Source: Octopus sinensis
Taxonomy: Eukaryota
DNA: 64,000 nucleotides
NCBI RefSeq assembly: GCF_006345805.1
Contig: NC_042998.1
Coordinates: 88,846,001-88,910,000 of the forward strand
Direction: 5' to 3'
The position numbers and the translations under genes are program-made. Positions 36,741-51,059 of this stretch are shown in pieces. How positions within the stretch are numbered: the first letter of the stretch is position 1; the number at the start of each line of letters is the position of its first letter. The notes below the pieces were generated by a model, which worked only from the letters and a program-made list of their open reading frames with translations, did not search any database and was not told where the DNA came from.

Positions 36741-39700
36741 ATACTCTGTAAGGTTGTTGGTGTTAGGAAGCACATCCAGCCATAGAAACTATGCCAAAAC
36801 AGATGACTGGAGCCTGGTGCAGCCTTTTGCTTTGGCTCGTCAGCTTCTGTCAAACCATTCTGCCCATGCCTGTATGGAGGAACGGACATCAAATGACGAT
36901 TGAAATATTCGAGGGATTTGCTTCTCAATAAATTCATAAACCTCACTAGATAAAAGAGAAATTCATTAAAGAGAACCTGCAAAATGTTGAAACTAATTAC
37001 CTCACAAGAGGAGCTGCAGTTCTGAAAATTGCAACTGAATTCACTTGGATTAACTCTCAGATGTTTCTGAATATGCAGTTATAAACAACTGCACGTAAAT
37101 AATCTTGAAAAGATTTTCATTTTACTCTGATTAGGCTGTCAGAAAGGTAGTTGTTGTGCACATCCAACCTTTTATTATGGAAAGATATATTCTATTTAAA
37201 CTTTACTCAGTACATTCTGTAAAGTGGTTGACATTAGGAAGGGTATTCAGCTGTACAAACAATGCTAAAGCAGACATTGGAGCTTGGTGCAGCCCACTGG
37301 CTCTCTAGTTCCTGCTGAACTGTCCAACCCATTCTAGCATAGAAAGCAAATGTTAAATGATGAAATATATCTACACTCACAAATATGCAAAGATTCTCTG
37401 TATGGAAGACACTTAGTAGTACTCAAAAGATTTAAACTTAGACTTCAATGTCTTTACAAGGGATCAATTCCACAGGGTAAAAGCATCGCTATAAGAGGGA
37501 TCAAGTTGAGTGGATATAGAGGCAATTATGTGGATAAACAAATTAAATATATTAAATATAATATGATAGTTTGGGTATGAAGCACAAAACATGTATATAT
37601 GTATACATGCAAAATGAGAAAAAGCAAAAGATGGAGATTTGCAAGTGAATATTTAAGTGCAAATATATAGATATTTATATTAATAGATCCAACTTACATA
37701 GAGTACAAATGACAGCTTTGAACTTCTCTGCATTAAGATCTGAAATGTAAGGTCTTCTCTACCCTGGTGATGGAGGCTCATCTTATCCAATGTTAACTGC
37801 ATCCATTATGGCTGCATATTGTGATGAACTACATCTACCAACATTATCATGGATCTCTGAGCCCCCAGAAACAACTGTTGGACTTATAATACCTTTCTTC
37901 CACCCCTTTAATTCTCTCTCTCATTTGTACTCTGTGAAAATTGAGTGAATTAAAGGGGCGGAGAATTAATGCCTTTCCAATTCTGTCTTGCTTGTGCAAT
38001 TCTTTTCTATTTCAACCTATATTGCTTGACTAACTTGTCTTCCCATCATCATGGAGGCCTGTCAGGTGGTCTTTTCCAATCTTTTAGATACCACTCAGCA
38101 ACTTCATGGGTCCACCTGTTTGTGAACCTTCTGACATGTTCAGTGGGTACTCTGCAATCACATTGTTCACTCCGCTCCATTCTCAAATTATCTCATTATG
38201 TTATAAAGACTGCATATAAATTTCAGTTTGTTTGATGGTTTCTTGTATATTTCTTTCTCATATGTCTTATCAAGCATTAACCTAAGATGTTGCTGGATTT
38301 TGTTGCATTTCTGACATTCTAGCTTTTCTTTTAACACAAATTCAATGAACTAGGCAACTAAACATTTTAAGTAGAAAGATTTCCGATGTCTTTGAATTGT
38401 AAACATAAATTAATTTGACCCTTTCAAGAATCATGAGAGCTACTGTTAAATTCCAGCTTTTGTTATTTAAGCAGATTGTGTTAATCTTCATTCCTTGGAC
38501 ATAATATTAACTTCTTGCTTCAGTTATTTCCTAAAATGTTTGATTCTTAGTTTTCAGTTAGTTAAGGTAGCTATACAGAATTATATGTTTATAGTCTTGG
38601 GCTGATATCTTTCAGAGAGTTCTTTATCTGTTGTTATTATACATTATATTCTGTGTTAAGCATATTGCATTAACTGAAACCCATATCAGTTCCATTTGTT
38701 ACTTATTATGAGACACACTCTCTCTTACACCCATGTAACAAGGGGAATACTAGTTTACTTGGAAACAGTTGAAGGTTGACAATACGAAGAGCATTCAATT
38801 ATTAAAAAATATGTACCTCAACAATTTTTGTCTCATCTCTGCAAGCATAGTAAAGTGTATGTTAAAACAATGATGATGATGATGCCCAGGCATGGCTGTG
38901 TGGTTAAGAAATTTGTTTCAGAACCACATGGTTATGAGTTCAGTCTCACTGCATAGATGCTGTCAGCTAGAGTCTTCTATTACATCTGTTGATTGAACAA
39001 TACCTCGTGAGTGAAATTATTAGACAAAATCTGAAAGAAGTCTATTACATATAAAATGATGTATATATGTATGTGCAAGTGAGTTCAAATTTCCCTTTGT
39101 TTCCACATGTGTATTTGTTGAATTTAAACAAAAGCTTCACCATTCATGCAGACAGTTTGTTTGCAACCCACCATGAGAATATATCCAGGTTTCTTGGCAT
39201 GTCTTGACATGTTACAAGTTAAATATAAACCAAAGCCTCATCATTCATGCAAACAGTGTCATTTGTTTACTGTCCACCACAAAAGCATATCTAGGCCATT
39301 CATAGGGGAATATTACCTTCTTTGGAAATAAGCCATGAAGGGCATCAAACTAGAAAATTCTGCCTATGCAATCAGGAAAAGGTAGATATGCAAACTTATA
39401 TCTGTCTGCCTGTCTTTGAATATGTGTATGGGATTTGGTAGAGTTGCTAAGGTGATAGGTGCAATGACTTGTGGTATTTGTTCCAGCTATCTTCACTCCA
39501 AGTTCATAAGTTCATATCCCACTGAAATCAATTTTGTTCTTTATCCTTTTGGGGTTAATAAAACTAGGAGCATTGCATGGAAGTGAATTAGAGTATAAAG
39601 CACGGTGTCACTTTTGGTTTCTTACATCCAGAGTTCAGATTCCACCTAAGTGCCAGTGCTCATGGATAATCACCCAATCACAATAGTATCATGCCCTAAC

Positions 39701-40272
39701 AGCTGACCTACCAGATAATCCAGAAGTATTATCTGTTTTAAGCCAACATCCTATCCATTCTGGATAGTTAACTTCTATTCAGGAAGTTAATATTTCATTC
39801 CTTTAATGCCATGGAACTGGAACTAACCATTGACCTTTTAAAAGCTTACTGGGATTTGAGAGGCATTTACATATATACACAGCATCTACTAAGAGCCAGT
39901 ATAAGAACTAGGGTTTGTGAGGCATTTATCATATAGTATCTATTAGACAAGCAAAAGTCCTGTCATATGTTCAAATGTTCTTACCTCAACCTTTGTGTAA
40001 ATTGAAACTTACAGCAGAACTCTGATCACTTTAATTTTCCTGACAAATAAAAGTGTTTTCTATCTCACACTTTATAGTGATGGACAGCCTTACATTTAAC
40101 AACAGCTAAAAATTATCCCACCTATACAAGTGTAGAAAAAGGGACATAAGTCCTATATGTATGTGTATGTTTATATACCTATACACATGCACACACACAC
40201 ATATATATATATATATATAAATACACACACATAAATAAATATATAAATACACACACACATACTGAGAGAGAG

Positions 40273-40314
<42 letters not shown>

Positions 40315-40348
40315 TGTGTGTGCATGTGTATGTGTGAGAGAGGAGGAG

Positions 40349-40391
<43 letters not shown>

Positions 40392-41990
40392 TGCAAAATT
40401 TATAAGGCTCCTTGATAGTAAAACATCGTAACTGGCTGTAGGGACCTGCAAGCATAGTTAAGTGTGACCTGTGGCAATTTTGTATGAAATTTGGAGCACA
40501 GATGAACTGAAAAAAGCATCTAATGTATGCAAGTGAAACAATCATGCAGGTTGGGATAGTTGATGTATCTGGATTATGTGTGTTTGTTGGTAAAGTGCCT
40601 TTTGGAAGGAAATAAAGTAGATCTTAGGATAACATATCTCAAAGATGCAGTCACATGAAACTAAAGTGAACAGGGATTCACCTTACTGCAGATCTGCCCT
40701 ATCTATGCTAGTTTAGTAAGAAAAAAATATTCATCATCACCTTTTAATGTCCATCTATATTGGTTCTAAGAACTGCATTGTACTCCAATGTCTGTTTCGT
40801 CTATGTTTCTATGGTTGGATGCTCTTTCCAAATGCCAGCCATTTAAGTACCTTGTAAACAGAGTACTTTTTCATGGCACCAGCACTAGTGAAGTCACTAT
40901 GCAACTTTTAAAACAAAGAACTCATTCATCTTGGTTATACTAGAGTAAAGATGGATGTAGATTTATGCTAGAAGACCAGAGGTTAAAGTATGAAAGAAGG
41001 GGCCAGAACAGAACAGGTTTCTTGTTGTTGAGAAGTTACATAACTCCTCACATTGTAGAAGAGTGGGTGGGGGTAATTGGGATGGAACTAGAAAGAGAGA
41101 TGAAATAGTGGTACTGGGATGTCAGGGTGAACCCTGAATGTATAAGAAGGTGAATAGAGGTGAGTGCAGACAGAAGAACAGGGAGTGAGAGTGGATTGAT
41201 GTTGCAAGTGTATATGAAGAGAGTGATGGATGATTGGAGATATAGAGTTGGTGAAGGGACAAATATAGTGAAGAACAAGGTTGATGAAAAATTCAAGGAG
41301 GGACAATGATAGACAACAGGAAACACAATCTATTGCCAAGTTTAATGATAATGTCAAGATACTTAAACTTAAAGCATCTTGCTATTATATAGCTGGCTGT
41401 TAAGATGTAGGGTTACTGAAGTGCACATTAAGATTCTCCATTGCCATATTGTTCATTAGTATTTTAAGACTAAAACTCAGCCAGTGTAAGTAATGATTAA
41501 TATTACATGGGTATGGCTCTGTTGAAATAAGATACTCTTTTAATAGTTAATGTGATGGGTCTTTATAAGCTATGTTTTACACATAACCAAAGTTATTGTG
41601 AGTTTCTGCTTTTGAATTTCTTATACTTTATTTTCTTGAATATTGAGGTTATTATGAGCAAGGTTGTACCTGTAGGATCAGGTGTTATTAATAGTAGGCA
41701 CTCTACATTAAAAATGAGGTGAGATAAATCATGAGAATATACTACATAAGTGACCCATACACTCTGTATGCCTTTGACAAAAAAGAAGACATGACGAGGC
41801 AATGGTTTGAAAATATATATTTCAACAAACAACAGAAACAGCAAAGCAAGAAACCGTTGTAGCACTGGTCCAGTGGTGTAATCTGCAAATAAAGTTGTAT
41901 TGACTAAATTAATTTTGAAATGATGCTTCAGTTTTTTTATTACTTAACTGATTCTCATTGTCATTTTATTTATTTCTTAATTTTTTGCAG

Positions 41991-42112
41991 CCAGTAAACT
42001 TGAGTACACTTGCGCTTACTGAAAGTGCATTAGCCAGGTATGAAAAAACGGAAGCTGAAACTTGGACTGGTAATCGTCATCCACAGTATGAGATGATACA
42101 TGGTCAGAACAG
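41991..42112 (+). CDS. HYCC1: Internal coding exon of a hyccin/FAM126 homologue (PI4KA complex subunit)
   Basis: Pyrimidine tract plus TTTTTTGCAG acceptor, AG|GTTAGT donor; PVNLSTLALTESALARYEKTEAETWTGNRHPQYEMIHGQN(R) aligns with human hyccin [39 protein letters not shown] as I recall it; phase 0 start and phase 2 end. Confidence 0.88.
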
Positions 42113-44014
42113 GTTAGTTGACACTTTTTGCTCTTATTAACTTTTATCATTGGAAAGTGCAGTAAGTTGGTGGAATTGGTAGAGCACCAGGAAATACTAT
42201 GTGCCAGTTGTTCCATGTTTTTCTATTCTGAGTTTAAATTCTGTCAAGTACAACTTTGCTTTTCACTTTTTCAAAGTAGATAAAATAAAATGCCAATCAA
42301 GTACTAGGGTTAATCTAATTGGCTAACCCTTCCCCTCAAAATTGCTCGCTTTGAACCTAAATTAGAGATTATATCTACCATTGTATTTAGAGAACAAGTT
42401 AATATATCCTTTTTCATTGGGATATTTCATTGGAGTAGTGATCATCATCATCATCATTTATTTAAAGTCTACTTGCATGGGTCAGAGACGGAGTTTATTC
42501 AAGCAGATTTTCTACAGCTGGATGCCCATCCTGTCACCAACCCTCGCCTATTTTCAAGCAAAATAATATTTCTGCATGGTCAGACATGTCTTTCATGGAA
42601 GAATGGATTACATCACTGGACCAGTACTACATGGCTTGTATGATGATAATGCTCATTGATAGCTACCATGCAGTGTCACGATAAGGGGAGAGACAGAAAG
42701 CACACACACACACACACACACATGTAAATGTAACAATGTACACATATATATAAATATGACATGTATGAGTTTATTATTTGATTGGGTTTCAAAATTCCAG
42801 TTGTTGTTCATTCAACAGCTTTCCTTTCTGTTTGTATTTGTTTGGTAGATTTCTCTCTAAACTAACATAATTTTCAGAGCTAGAAGTATTCTAAAAATTT
42901 GATTTAAAGTAAAACAAAACATTTAAAAAATTTTTAAAGTAATTAATTTGCTAAACTTAATATGAATTACTGTTTAGCTACTTCTATCTCTCCCAACTCA
43001 TTGCCATTTTACTAGTGTCAGTCTTAGAAAATTGAAGTATACTTCAATTTCCTACATAACTATTTTGAGAAATCCTCCAGCTTATTTTTGTCAAATCTTG
43101 TAGTCAAGCAATTTTATGTTGACCTATATTAGTTTGAAGGCTTTTACTCATAGCTCTCTAGCTAACCCAAATGAAATGCTATAATTATTTAGGCTTTATT
43201 TTCACCAATTAGAAGCTTACGGTTGAATTTTCTGAGTCTTTTGTAGTATTTTACTGTGTTAAGATAATTTCATTCTGTAGAGAAAAAAGATACAAAACAT
43301 TTTTGTTTTGTACATAATGAATGATCTGTTCATTTGTTTTTTCATTAGCATTTACCTTTGTAATTATAAAATAGTAATTTCAAGTTACCATAATACAAGC
43401 ATCCTGTGTATTTTTAGATTATGTCTGGTTCCAACTATAAGCTTTCACTATATATCTCTTATTATAAAAGGCAGATTTTATCTGCCTCCCTTTGGGAGTT
43501 ATACAAATCTACAATATAGGATTTCTTCAATTACAATTTACCTAGCAGTTTTAAGAGTACAATGCATCGCGTCATGCCAGGTCCAGTTTTTAAAATTTAA
43601 ACTCCAATTAAGCAAAATTTACAGAAAACTCACATTCTGGTGTGTGTGTCAAATGCTTTTCTTAGTCTGGTTTACACCACACGCAAACGCACACACACAG
43701 TGGGCAACGAATAAAATGAAAGTAAATAGCAACAGAGTGATTTGAGGAAGACTAAAGTGAAAGTATTCTGTCTATGCCGCTGATAGATACATGAGTAAAA
43801 TGTATGGGAAGCTAAGAGCTAAGAGTGAGTGAAAATGTTCTTGGAAGAGAGTAATTAGTAATAAAGTAAAACACTCATACATACATACATACATACATAC
43901 ATACATACATACATACATACATACATACATACAATATCACACACACATACATACACACACACATACATACATACACACATACATACATACATACATATAC
44001 ATACATACATACAT

Positions 44015-44047
<33 letters not shown>

Positions 44048-44161
44048 ACACACAGTATTGAAGCTTGAGAACAATCAGATACATTTGCAACACATCTGTT
44101 GAAAATATTATTGTTCACACACATACATATACATATATACATACAGACAGACAGACAGATA

Positions 44162-44197
<36 letters not shown>

Positions 44198-44199
44198 AT

Positions 44200-44612
44200 C
44201 CAGCATGGCCACAACCTCAAGGCTGAAACATATAAAAGAATAACAGAATATAAATGTGTGCAAAGTACAAGAAATATTAATGCAGTATATGGGGATTGGA
44301 CAATAAGCGTAAGGCAGTGTCAATGGTGGTTCCAGAAATCCCGAGCCATAAACTACAGCCTAGAAGACGAGCCTCATCCTGAAAGATCTGTAGAACTCGA
44401 CAAGTACATCCTAAAAACCCTGGTGGAACAAAATATCATCGTAACTGTTGAGGAACTAGCAGAGAAGCTTGGATTTGGTCATTCAACCATTCATTGAGAC
44501 CTGTGTGCTATCGGAAAAGTCAGCAAATTGGGTCAATGGGTTCCTCACGAACTTTCCGAGTCTAATTGCATGCAGAGAGTGAATGTATGCTTTTCTTTGC
44601 TGTCATATCTCA
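44200..44612 (+). mobile_element. mariner transposase N-terminal fragment
   Basis: STRNINAVYGDWTISVRQCQWWFQK, SLEDEPHPERS, TVEELAEKLGFGHSTIH, then GQWVPHELS after a stop. Confidence 0.9.
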
Positions 44613-44632
44613 CCACTACTGCGCTATGTATA

Positions 44633-45268
44633 TCTATATATATAAAACTGTAGTTGTGTGAGTGTCTGTCCCCTTCGATTTAGATTCCTAACTACTCCCA
44701 CATTTTGCGGTACAGTTTAAACCAATTCGGGTAGCTTATAGTCGTGATTCATATCGAGCCCGTCTGAATATTAGCGCGCGTCTACGATGAGTCTACGATT
44801 TTAAAAATAATTTAACATCATTTTTTATTCCATTTTAATGCATAATTTTTCGTGTGTCGATGGCGGCGGAGTGGGCGTCCACGCTCACACCTGCACCTGT
44901 GGGGAAGGGAGCGTAAGGAAATCAACGTCGTAATGCGTTGTCAAGGAGACCAGTGTTCTTTTAGAACAACGACTTCATGGCTTGAAGACACCAAAACAGA
45001 AATGGCTAAGAAAGCGTCTACATGAGTCTACGATTTAAAAAAAAATTTACCATCGTTTTTTTCCATTTTAATGCATTTTTTCGCTATTATATAAGGGAAG
45101 TAATTCTCTAAAAATGTCTACGATGAGTCAACGATTTTAAAAAAAATTTACCATCATATTTTTTCCATTTTTAATGCATTTTTTGCTATTTTTTGGCTAT
45201 AACTCTCTAAAAATGCTTATATAGTTATTTCCCTTACAAACCCGAGCAACGCCGGGCGATACTGCTAG
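44633..45268 (+). mobile_element. Non-autonomous Helitron, complete ends
   Basis: A|TC 5' end, subterminal hairpin CCCGAGC-AAC-GCCGGG (45241-45256), CTAG|T 3' end, no TSD; three internal repeats GTCTAC(G)ATGAGTC(T/A)ACGATTT; CpG-rich. Confidence 0.9.
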
Positions 45269-45712
45269 TAATTGCTAAATACTAACTTCTCTATCATCAT
45301 TGAAGTTCCAGATAAATATACTTAAGTTTGTGTTTGTGTATTTTGCAACTAAGTGATCTGGAGTTAGTCCTACTGCATAACAGCATGGGCAAGTGTCTTC
45401 TACCGTTATTCTGTGTCAGCTAAACTGCAGTAAACCTGTTGTGTGTGTGTGTATGTTTGCATGTGCATGCATGCAAATATAAATGTGTGAATATTAATAT
45501 TCTGCTTGTCACCATTTAAGTAAAATGCTGATGAAGTTTACATTTCATGTTGACATTATGACCAATTGCTGTATGTTTTTGAACACTTGTGGAATATAAA
45601 ATTCTTTTACTTTAAAACAAATGTTGACTACAGGAAGAACATCTGGCCATAAAATTCTGCTTCGGAATCAAATCCCCTCCAAGTAATGCTAACACAGTAA
45701 AACATACATTAA

Positions 45713-48431
45713 CCTTTTAATGCTCAGATTAATCTGTAAAATGTAATGCTTATTTGTTTACATTATTTTGAATTATTCAGGTTCAAGAGGGGTGCCCACA
45801 ATATTTGCTTGTAACTTTGTTAAATTTTTGCAAACAGATTTGAAATTTTGTCAGTGGGTGTTTATATAACAGTGGTTTATATTTATGTAATTTTAGCTGA
45901 TCTTCCTGATTAAATTTGACTTTTACGGGCAGGTAAATTTAATTAACAGGTGTAAAAGCAATAACATCATGGATAAACACTAAAATTGAAATTCTTAATG
46001 CATTTTGCCTGTTTGATTTATTACTGAAATTATCCCAGATGTCAACCGTCAACAATTTTGCCACTTTTCAAGATGAGGTACATTAATTTGAATTAATTAA
46101 TATACAGGTATAATCGGTACAAAATTTTTTCCTTATATTTCATTCAAACATTTTCATTGGCTATGTACTCTTATACAATTTAATGAATACATTTAATATA
46201 AACAAGCTCATTAACAGGTGAGACAAAGGTGAATACAGGTGTGTAACATACTGAAAATTAATATGATAATGATGATTTCTCACTTTCATGTATTATTTGT
46301 AATAAAATGAAAGGAATATATGATAGTATTACTATCAAACAACAAAATATAGTTATGCTATATTTGTTTTGTGAAACTGTCCCTAGCAAACTTTACACAA
46401 GGACACTTTGCAAAAGAAACACATATATGAGGTCTCGACCTGATATCCTTTCAGAGTTTTTCTTTTTTACAGCGAATGTAGTCTGCAAACTTATTTCCTT
46501 CCATTTATCTTTTCTACTTTATGGAAGTCAATATTTTCTCTGTTGACATCTACCTCAGTTAATTTTACTTTTCTCCCAGTTCTGTGCTTCCTGGAAGAAA
46601 AACTGTTATGTAACTGAGATGCGATGTCAACCCAAAATTTCAAATGGTCGTAGTCCTCTGGTGACAAAGTACCTTGTGGCTTTTTACATAAACAATATAT
46701 GAATTAACTATAGTTAAATACACTAAAAACCACAAAATGTACCTCCACCATTTCTCCTATGTCATCCAACTGGGTAGTATGCTTGATACTGGTCAACCCC
46801 ACCCATATATTTATTATAGCAAATATTCATGGCTGTGTGGTTAGGGAGCTTGCTTCCTAGCTACATGGTTTAGGGTTCAGTCCCACTGCGTGGCACTTTG
46901 GGCAGGTGTCTTCTACTATAGCCCCGAGCCAACCGAAGCTTTGTGATTGAATTCGGTAGGCGGAAGTTACTGCCATGTGTGTATATGTGCATGTAGGTGC
47001 TCAGTGCCTCTCCAAAAGAGAGAGAGAGAGGGTTTTCCCTCAGCACCAACACCAGGTTGTTCATTACTAGACAGAAATAAAATCTGTTTTTTGTCTTTGT
47101 ATAAAGTTGCTAACAAATTTTGTTTTTGCATTTGTAGAATATCCCCTCTTTTTTTAAATTTTGTTTTCATTTCATGGGTTAAACCTTTGCAGTTGCCCAT
47201 AGTAGTACTTCACATGTAACTATTTACACAGGCAAGATGTTCTGCCAAAGCCACTGAAGAAAAAAAGTGGTCAAAACAGAAGTGTTGGTGTTGATAGTGA
47301 AATGGTTTAGTTAGATATCATACTACATCATATCCCAATCCATATGGTCTGTTTCCACTATACTTTTTACCTGTTTAGACATTAAAGTGCACACAATATC
47401 CTGTGTCTTGATTCACAGACTTCCCATACCTTGATGCCCCATTTAATGGATTTGTCGGGAATGTATTCTGTCCTTATAGTCTATCATGACTTCATCTGTA
47501 CTAAGATTTTTCCCAGGGAGATACACTGTTTTATACCTATCACAAAGTAAATCAATTACAGAGTGTACTTTATACAGGGGATTATAGTTTGAGTTGATTT
47601 TGCTGGGGTTTTTAGTGGAATCGACTAAATGGAAATATTGAGATATTTTTGAATACCTTGTCTTAGATATAATGCTGGAGATATATGGATCACCATACGT
47701 TATATCAGGACTCCAGTAGTTCCACAGTCGAGGAAGCTGCTTGATACCAAACATAATGTTTATAGTAAAAAAAAGCTCACATTTCTGCAGTATCAGTTGA
47801 CTTCCACAAATAGAAATTATTTGTTGAGCATATTTATTTTTTTCCTCCGTGACAATTTCCAAAAAACTTTTTGGTAAAAATAAGAATAGTCCAATGGTTG
47901 AGCATTGGGAGGTAGTTAGTGTTGTGGACCAGTCTTTTCTGTGAAATCAGTAATTGTAGTTGATGTAGTAATCTTCAACCATGTTGCTAAAATGTTTTCA
48001 ATATTATTTTCATCACTTTCATTATCAAAATCTTTGTCCAATGAAGATTCATAAATATCAATATCAGATTTGTCCAAAGACAAATCACTGCTGTTTTCAT
48101 TTATATTTGGTACATCCTCAAGAGTAAAACCTTCAAAGTCGGAATCGCTACTTGCTGACACCCTATCGTTAAAAACTAAGATATACACTTTATCTTCAAA
48201 TGTTGAAAAAGCCAAGAAGTCTCGGAATTTTCACAGTATTTTTATTTGAATAAAGGCAGGAAATGGCTTTATCTCACATTATTTCAAAGCTACAAGAATT
48301 CAATAACATGACTTGTTTATTTTTTTTTTAGCGATTTTGTAGAGGAATTAGATACAGCTGGATTTGGCTAGTTCAGACAAATAAAGGGGAATTATTTTCG
48401 ACCAGTTTTGGCCAGTTTGAACACTAAAGAG
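45713..48431 (-). mobile_element. Degenerate piggyBac transposon with both termini
   Basis: TTAA at 45709-45712 and 48432-48435, decayed TIRs; acidic N-terminus (47916-48215); GIKQLPRLWNYWS...YFHLVD...PGKNLSTDEVMI (47443-47862); KWGIKVW; C-terminal ETSYMCFFCKVSLC (~46380-46450). Confidence 0.9.
46828..46975 (+). mobile_element. Family A SINE inserted in the piggyBac
   Basis: CATGGCTGTGTGGTTAGGGAGCTTGCTTCC...GGGTTCAGTCCCACTGCGTGGCAC. Confidence 0.85.
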
Positions 48432-50062
48432 TTAAAGAATGAATAGTGGTTTTTCTTTTCCCTTTAGCCACTGATTAAGAATTTGACCGATTGTGCCATC
48501 TCCAACAAATATACTTGTCAGTTATATCCTTAGGATTAGTTCCATTTAACACTGCAAGCTAACAAAATGCTCATCTGTTTGACAATGCTACTTTTGTTTA
48601 CAGCAGCAACATGTTCTTGTGTGATAGTATCCAGCAACAACTGACTGAACTGGAACTTTGACAGTTCTGTATGGAGACCACTTTCAATATAAGTATCTAT
48701 ATGACTGACACAATACAGTTTTGATGACCATGTATAAACTACTAACTTCTCATTTCTCTTATACTCTTCTCCATTTGTGTTTTCAGTGTACAAGTACTTA
48801 TATATGAATATAAGTGGAGCCATTCATACATAAGTATTATTGTAGCCCATAAGTTTGTTTTAGGACTAGTTTTAGCTAGTTAAAATCTATATTGTTCTTT
48901 TCATCATGAGGATCATATTCCAACTCCTGATTGAATTTGAGTTTGGCACTGAAAATCTATAAAACATTCATATCTTATATAGTCTTAATATTGTATGTCA
49001 CTGTTATGTATGTATGTTTTCCTGTATTATTAAGTCTCTTAGCTATGGACATAGAACAAAGTTATATAAATTGATTAACTTTCAACTAATAGAATATCAA
49101 ACTGATGTGGCCAGTTATAAGTCATTGTTGTACATTATGGTCTACAGGATTGTCATCTCAGTGGAACAGAATGACCTACAAAAATGTCTTTATGTTTCTT
49201 TCACTGTTCAACAAAATTATTTATAGGGAGTCTCATCACTTGTTTTTTTTTTTGTATTCCTTATTTTCTGACACATGAGTTTTGTACATCTGCGATCTCT
49301 TGTACAAAAGTGTTGTGATTTTATTGTTAGGTCCTAGTGCCAATAATACCAGTATTGATTGTAGCTTACTTCAGTTTTAATTTTGTTTCTTACTGATTTC
49401 TCATAATTTTTTTTATCCCACTACCATCAACTTTTCAATTATTTTACATTCAAATAGTGATATTAGTTTGTTTACATTGTATTTGCTGTTATTTCTTTTT
49501 ATTTTGTTTTGTTTTTGCCTATGTGTGTACTGTGGTCATCTTTGGTTAACTTTGTATCAACTACATCAACCACTACATTCCAACTACAAATGCCCATACC
49601 TACAAATCATGCACACACACACATGCACAACATGAACATGTACAATGCACAACCTACAAACGCTCACATGTGAAAAAACAAAAATAAAAAATGAAAATAA
49701 AAATATAAGAAAACAATTTCAACAAAGCAGTACCATGATAACACACACATACTTGGAAACATAGAGGAGATGCTTGACATAACATGTACAAGAATTCAGT
49801 TTGATGATTTGAAATCATTGGAAAGGTTATAGGGTGGGGTGGGAAGAGAAATGTATGACCAATTAGTTTGCAATAAAAGTATAAATGAAGTGAATAATAG
49901 TGTATGTGTTTATTGGTACTATGACCCAACCAAAGCACAACAATATTGGTTTGCAACACTGTTTCATACCAAGATTCTTGCAAAGCAGATTAACATATAT
50001 ATATATATATTAACATATATATATATATGTATAAAGTACAAATAATGAGGATGATTTCATTC

Positions 50063-50115
<53 letters not shown>

Positions 50116-50159
50116 CTCTCTCGTCTCTCTCTCTCTCTCTGTATATGTAAGTATGTGTG

Positions 50160-50205
<46 letters not shown>

Positions 50206-50614
50206 CACATACAAATAATATCAATATTATCTATGATGATGATGATGATGATGCTGTATGTGTGTATTGCTTACATTGTAATTAAGGTTATTATTGTCCA
50301 GATATAAATTCTCTTTTCCTGATTTGTACATATTTATATATATATTTTTTTATTAATCTACCATTATTCATTTCTTCTTCGGTGCAGAGATCCAGGAAGA
50401 AAATTATTCCATAATTATACCTAGGAAGTGATTTGTAATATTCATCTGTATATGCAGTTGATTAAGTTTTGACATAGGAACAATATTATTTTGCTTCTTA
50501 TAAATGAAGATGAAATACACTTGCTTAAAAATATGTGGAAACAAAAATGTAAGAATATCATTTGGCTGGAGATATGTAAAACTATATGAAATATATGTGT
50601 AGTGTGTGTGTGTG

Positions 50615-50647
<33 letters not shown>

Positions 50648-50839
50648 ATTTGATGACCATTCCTCAATTGAGAATAATTCTTATAGAAGTTTTAGTTAGG
50701 CAAGCAGATACTGTGAATTTTCCTCATATATTGTGTGCTGTGTTTTATTTGTGATTTGAAAATATTTAATTTGTTCTGAAATGAAATTTTCAGACCCTTG
50801 TAATTCCTGTTTCTGTTATAGGGGCTAATTTCTTTTTAA

Positions 50840-51059
50840 CCATTTTGTTACAGTATTTCTATTGAAATATGCTGCCTTTGTTTCCATTAATTTTAACAAT
50901 AATTAAGAATTTAGTGAAAGAGCTGTAATTATTAAGGTGATGTTTGGAACATAAAATAACATACAGTTTTGATGAAAAGTTTTAATTTAGATCACGTTAA
51001 AACAAGAAGTTGGTACCACAGGACCAATAATGGTGACAGGCATGTTGGTATCAACAGAG
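50840..51059 (-). mobile_element. TTAA MITE family 2 (diverged)
   Basis: TTAA|CCATTTTGTTAC ... GTTGGTATCAACAGAG-TTTAA; reverse complement resembles 32721-32942. Confidence 0.75.

Noticed and set aside
43308-43745. 145-aa ORF near the hyccin exon
   Set aside because: AT-rich composition, no similarity to the expected next exon or to any family I recognise
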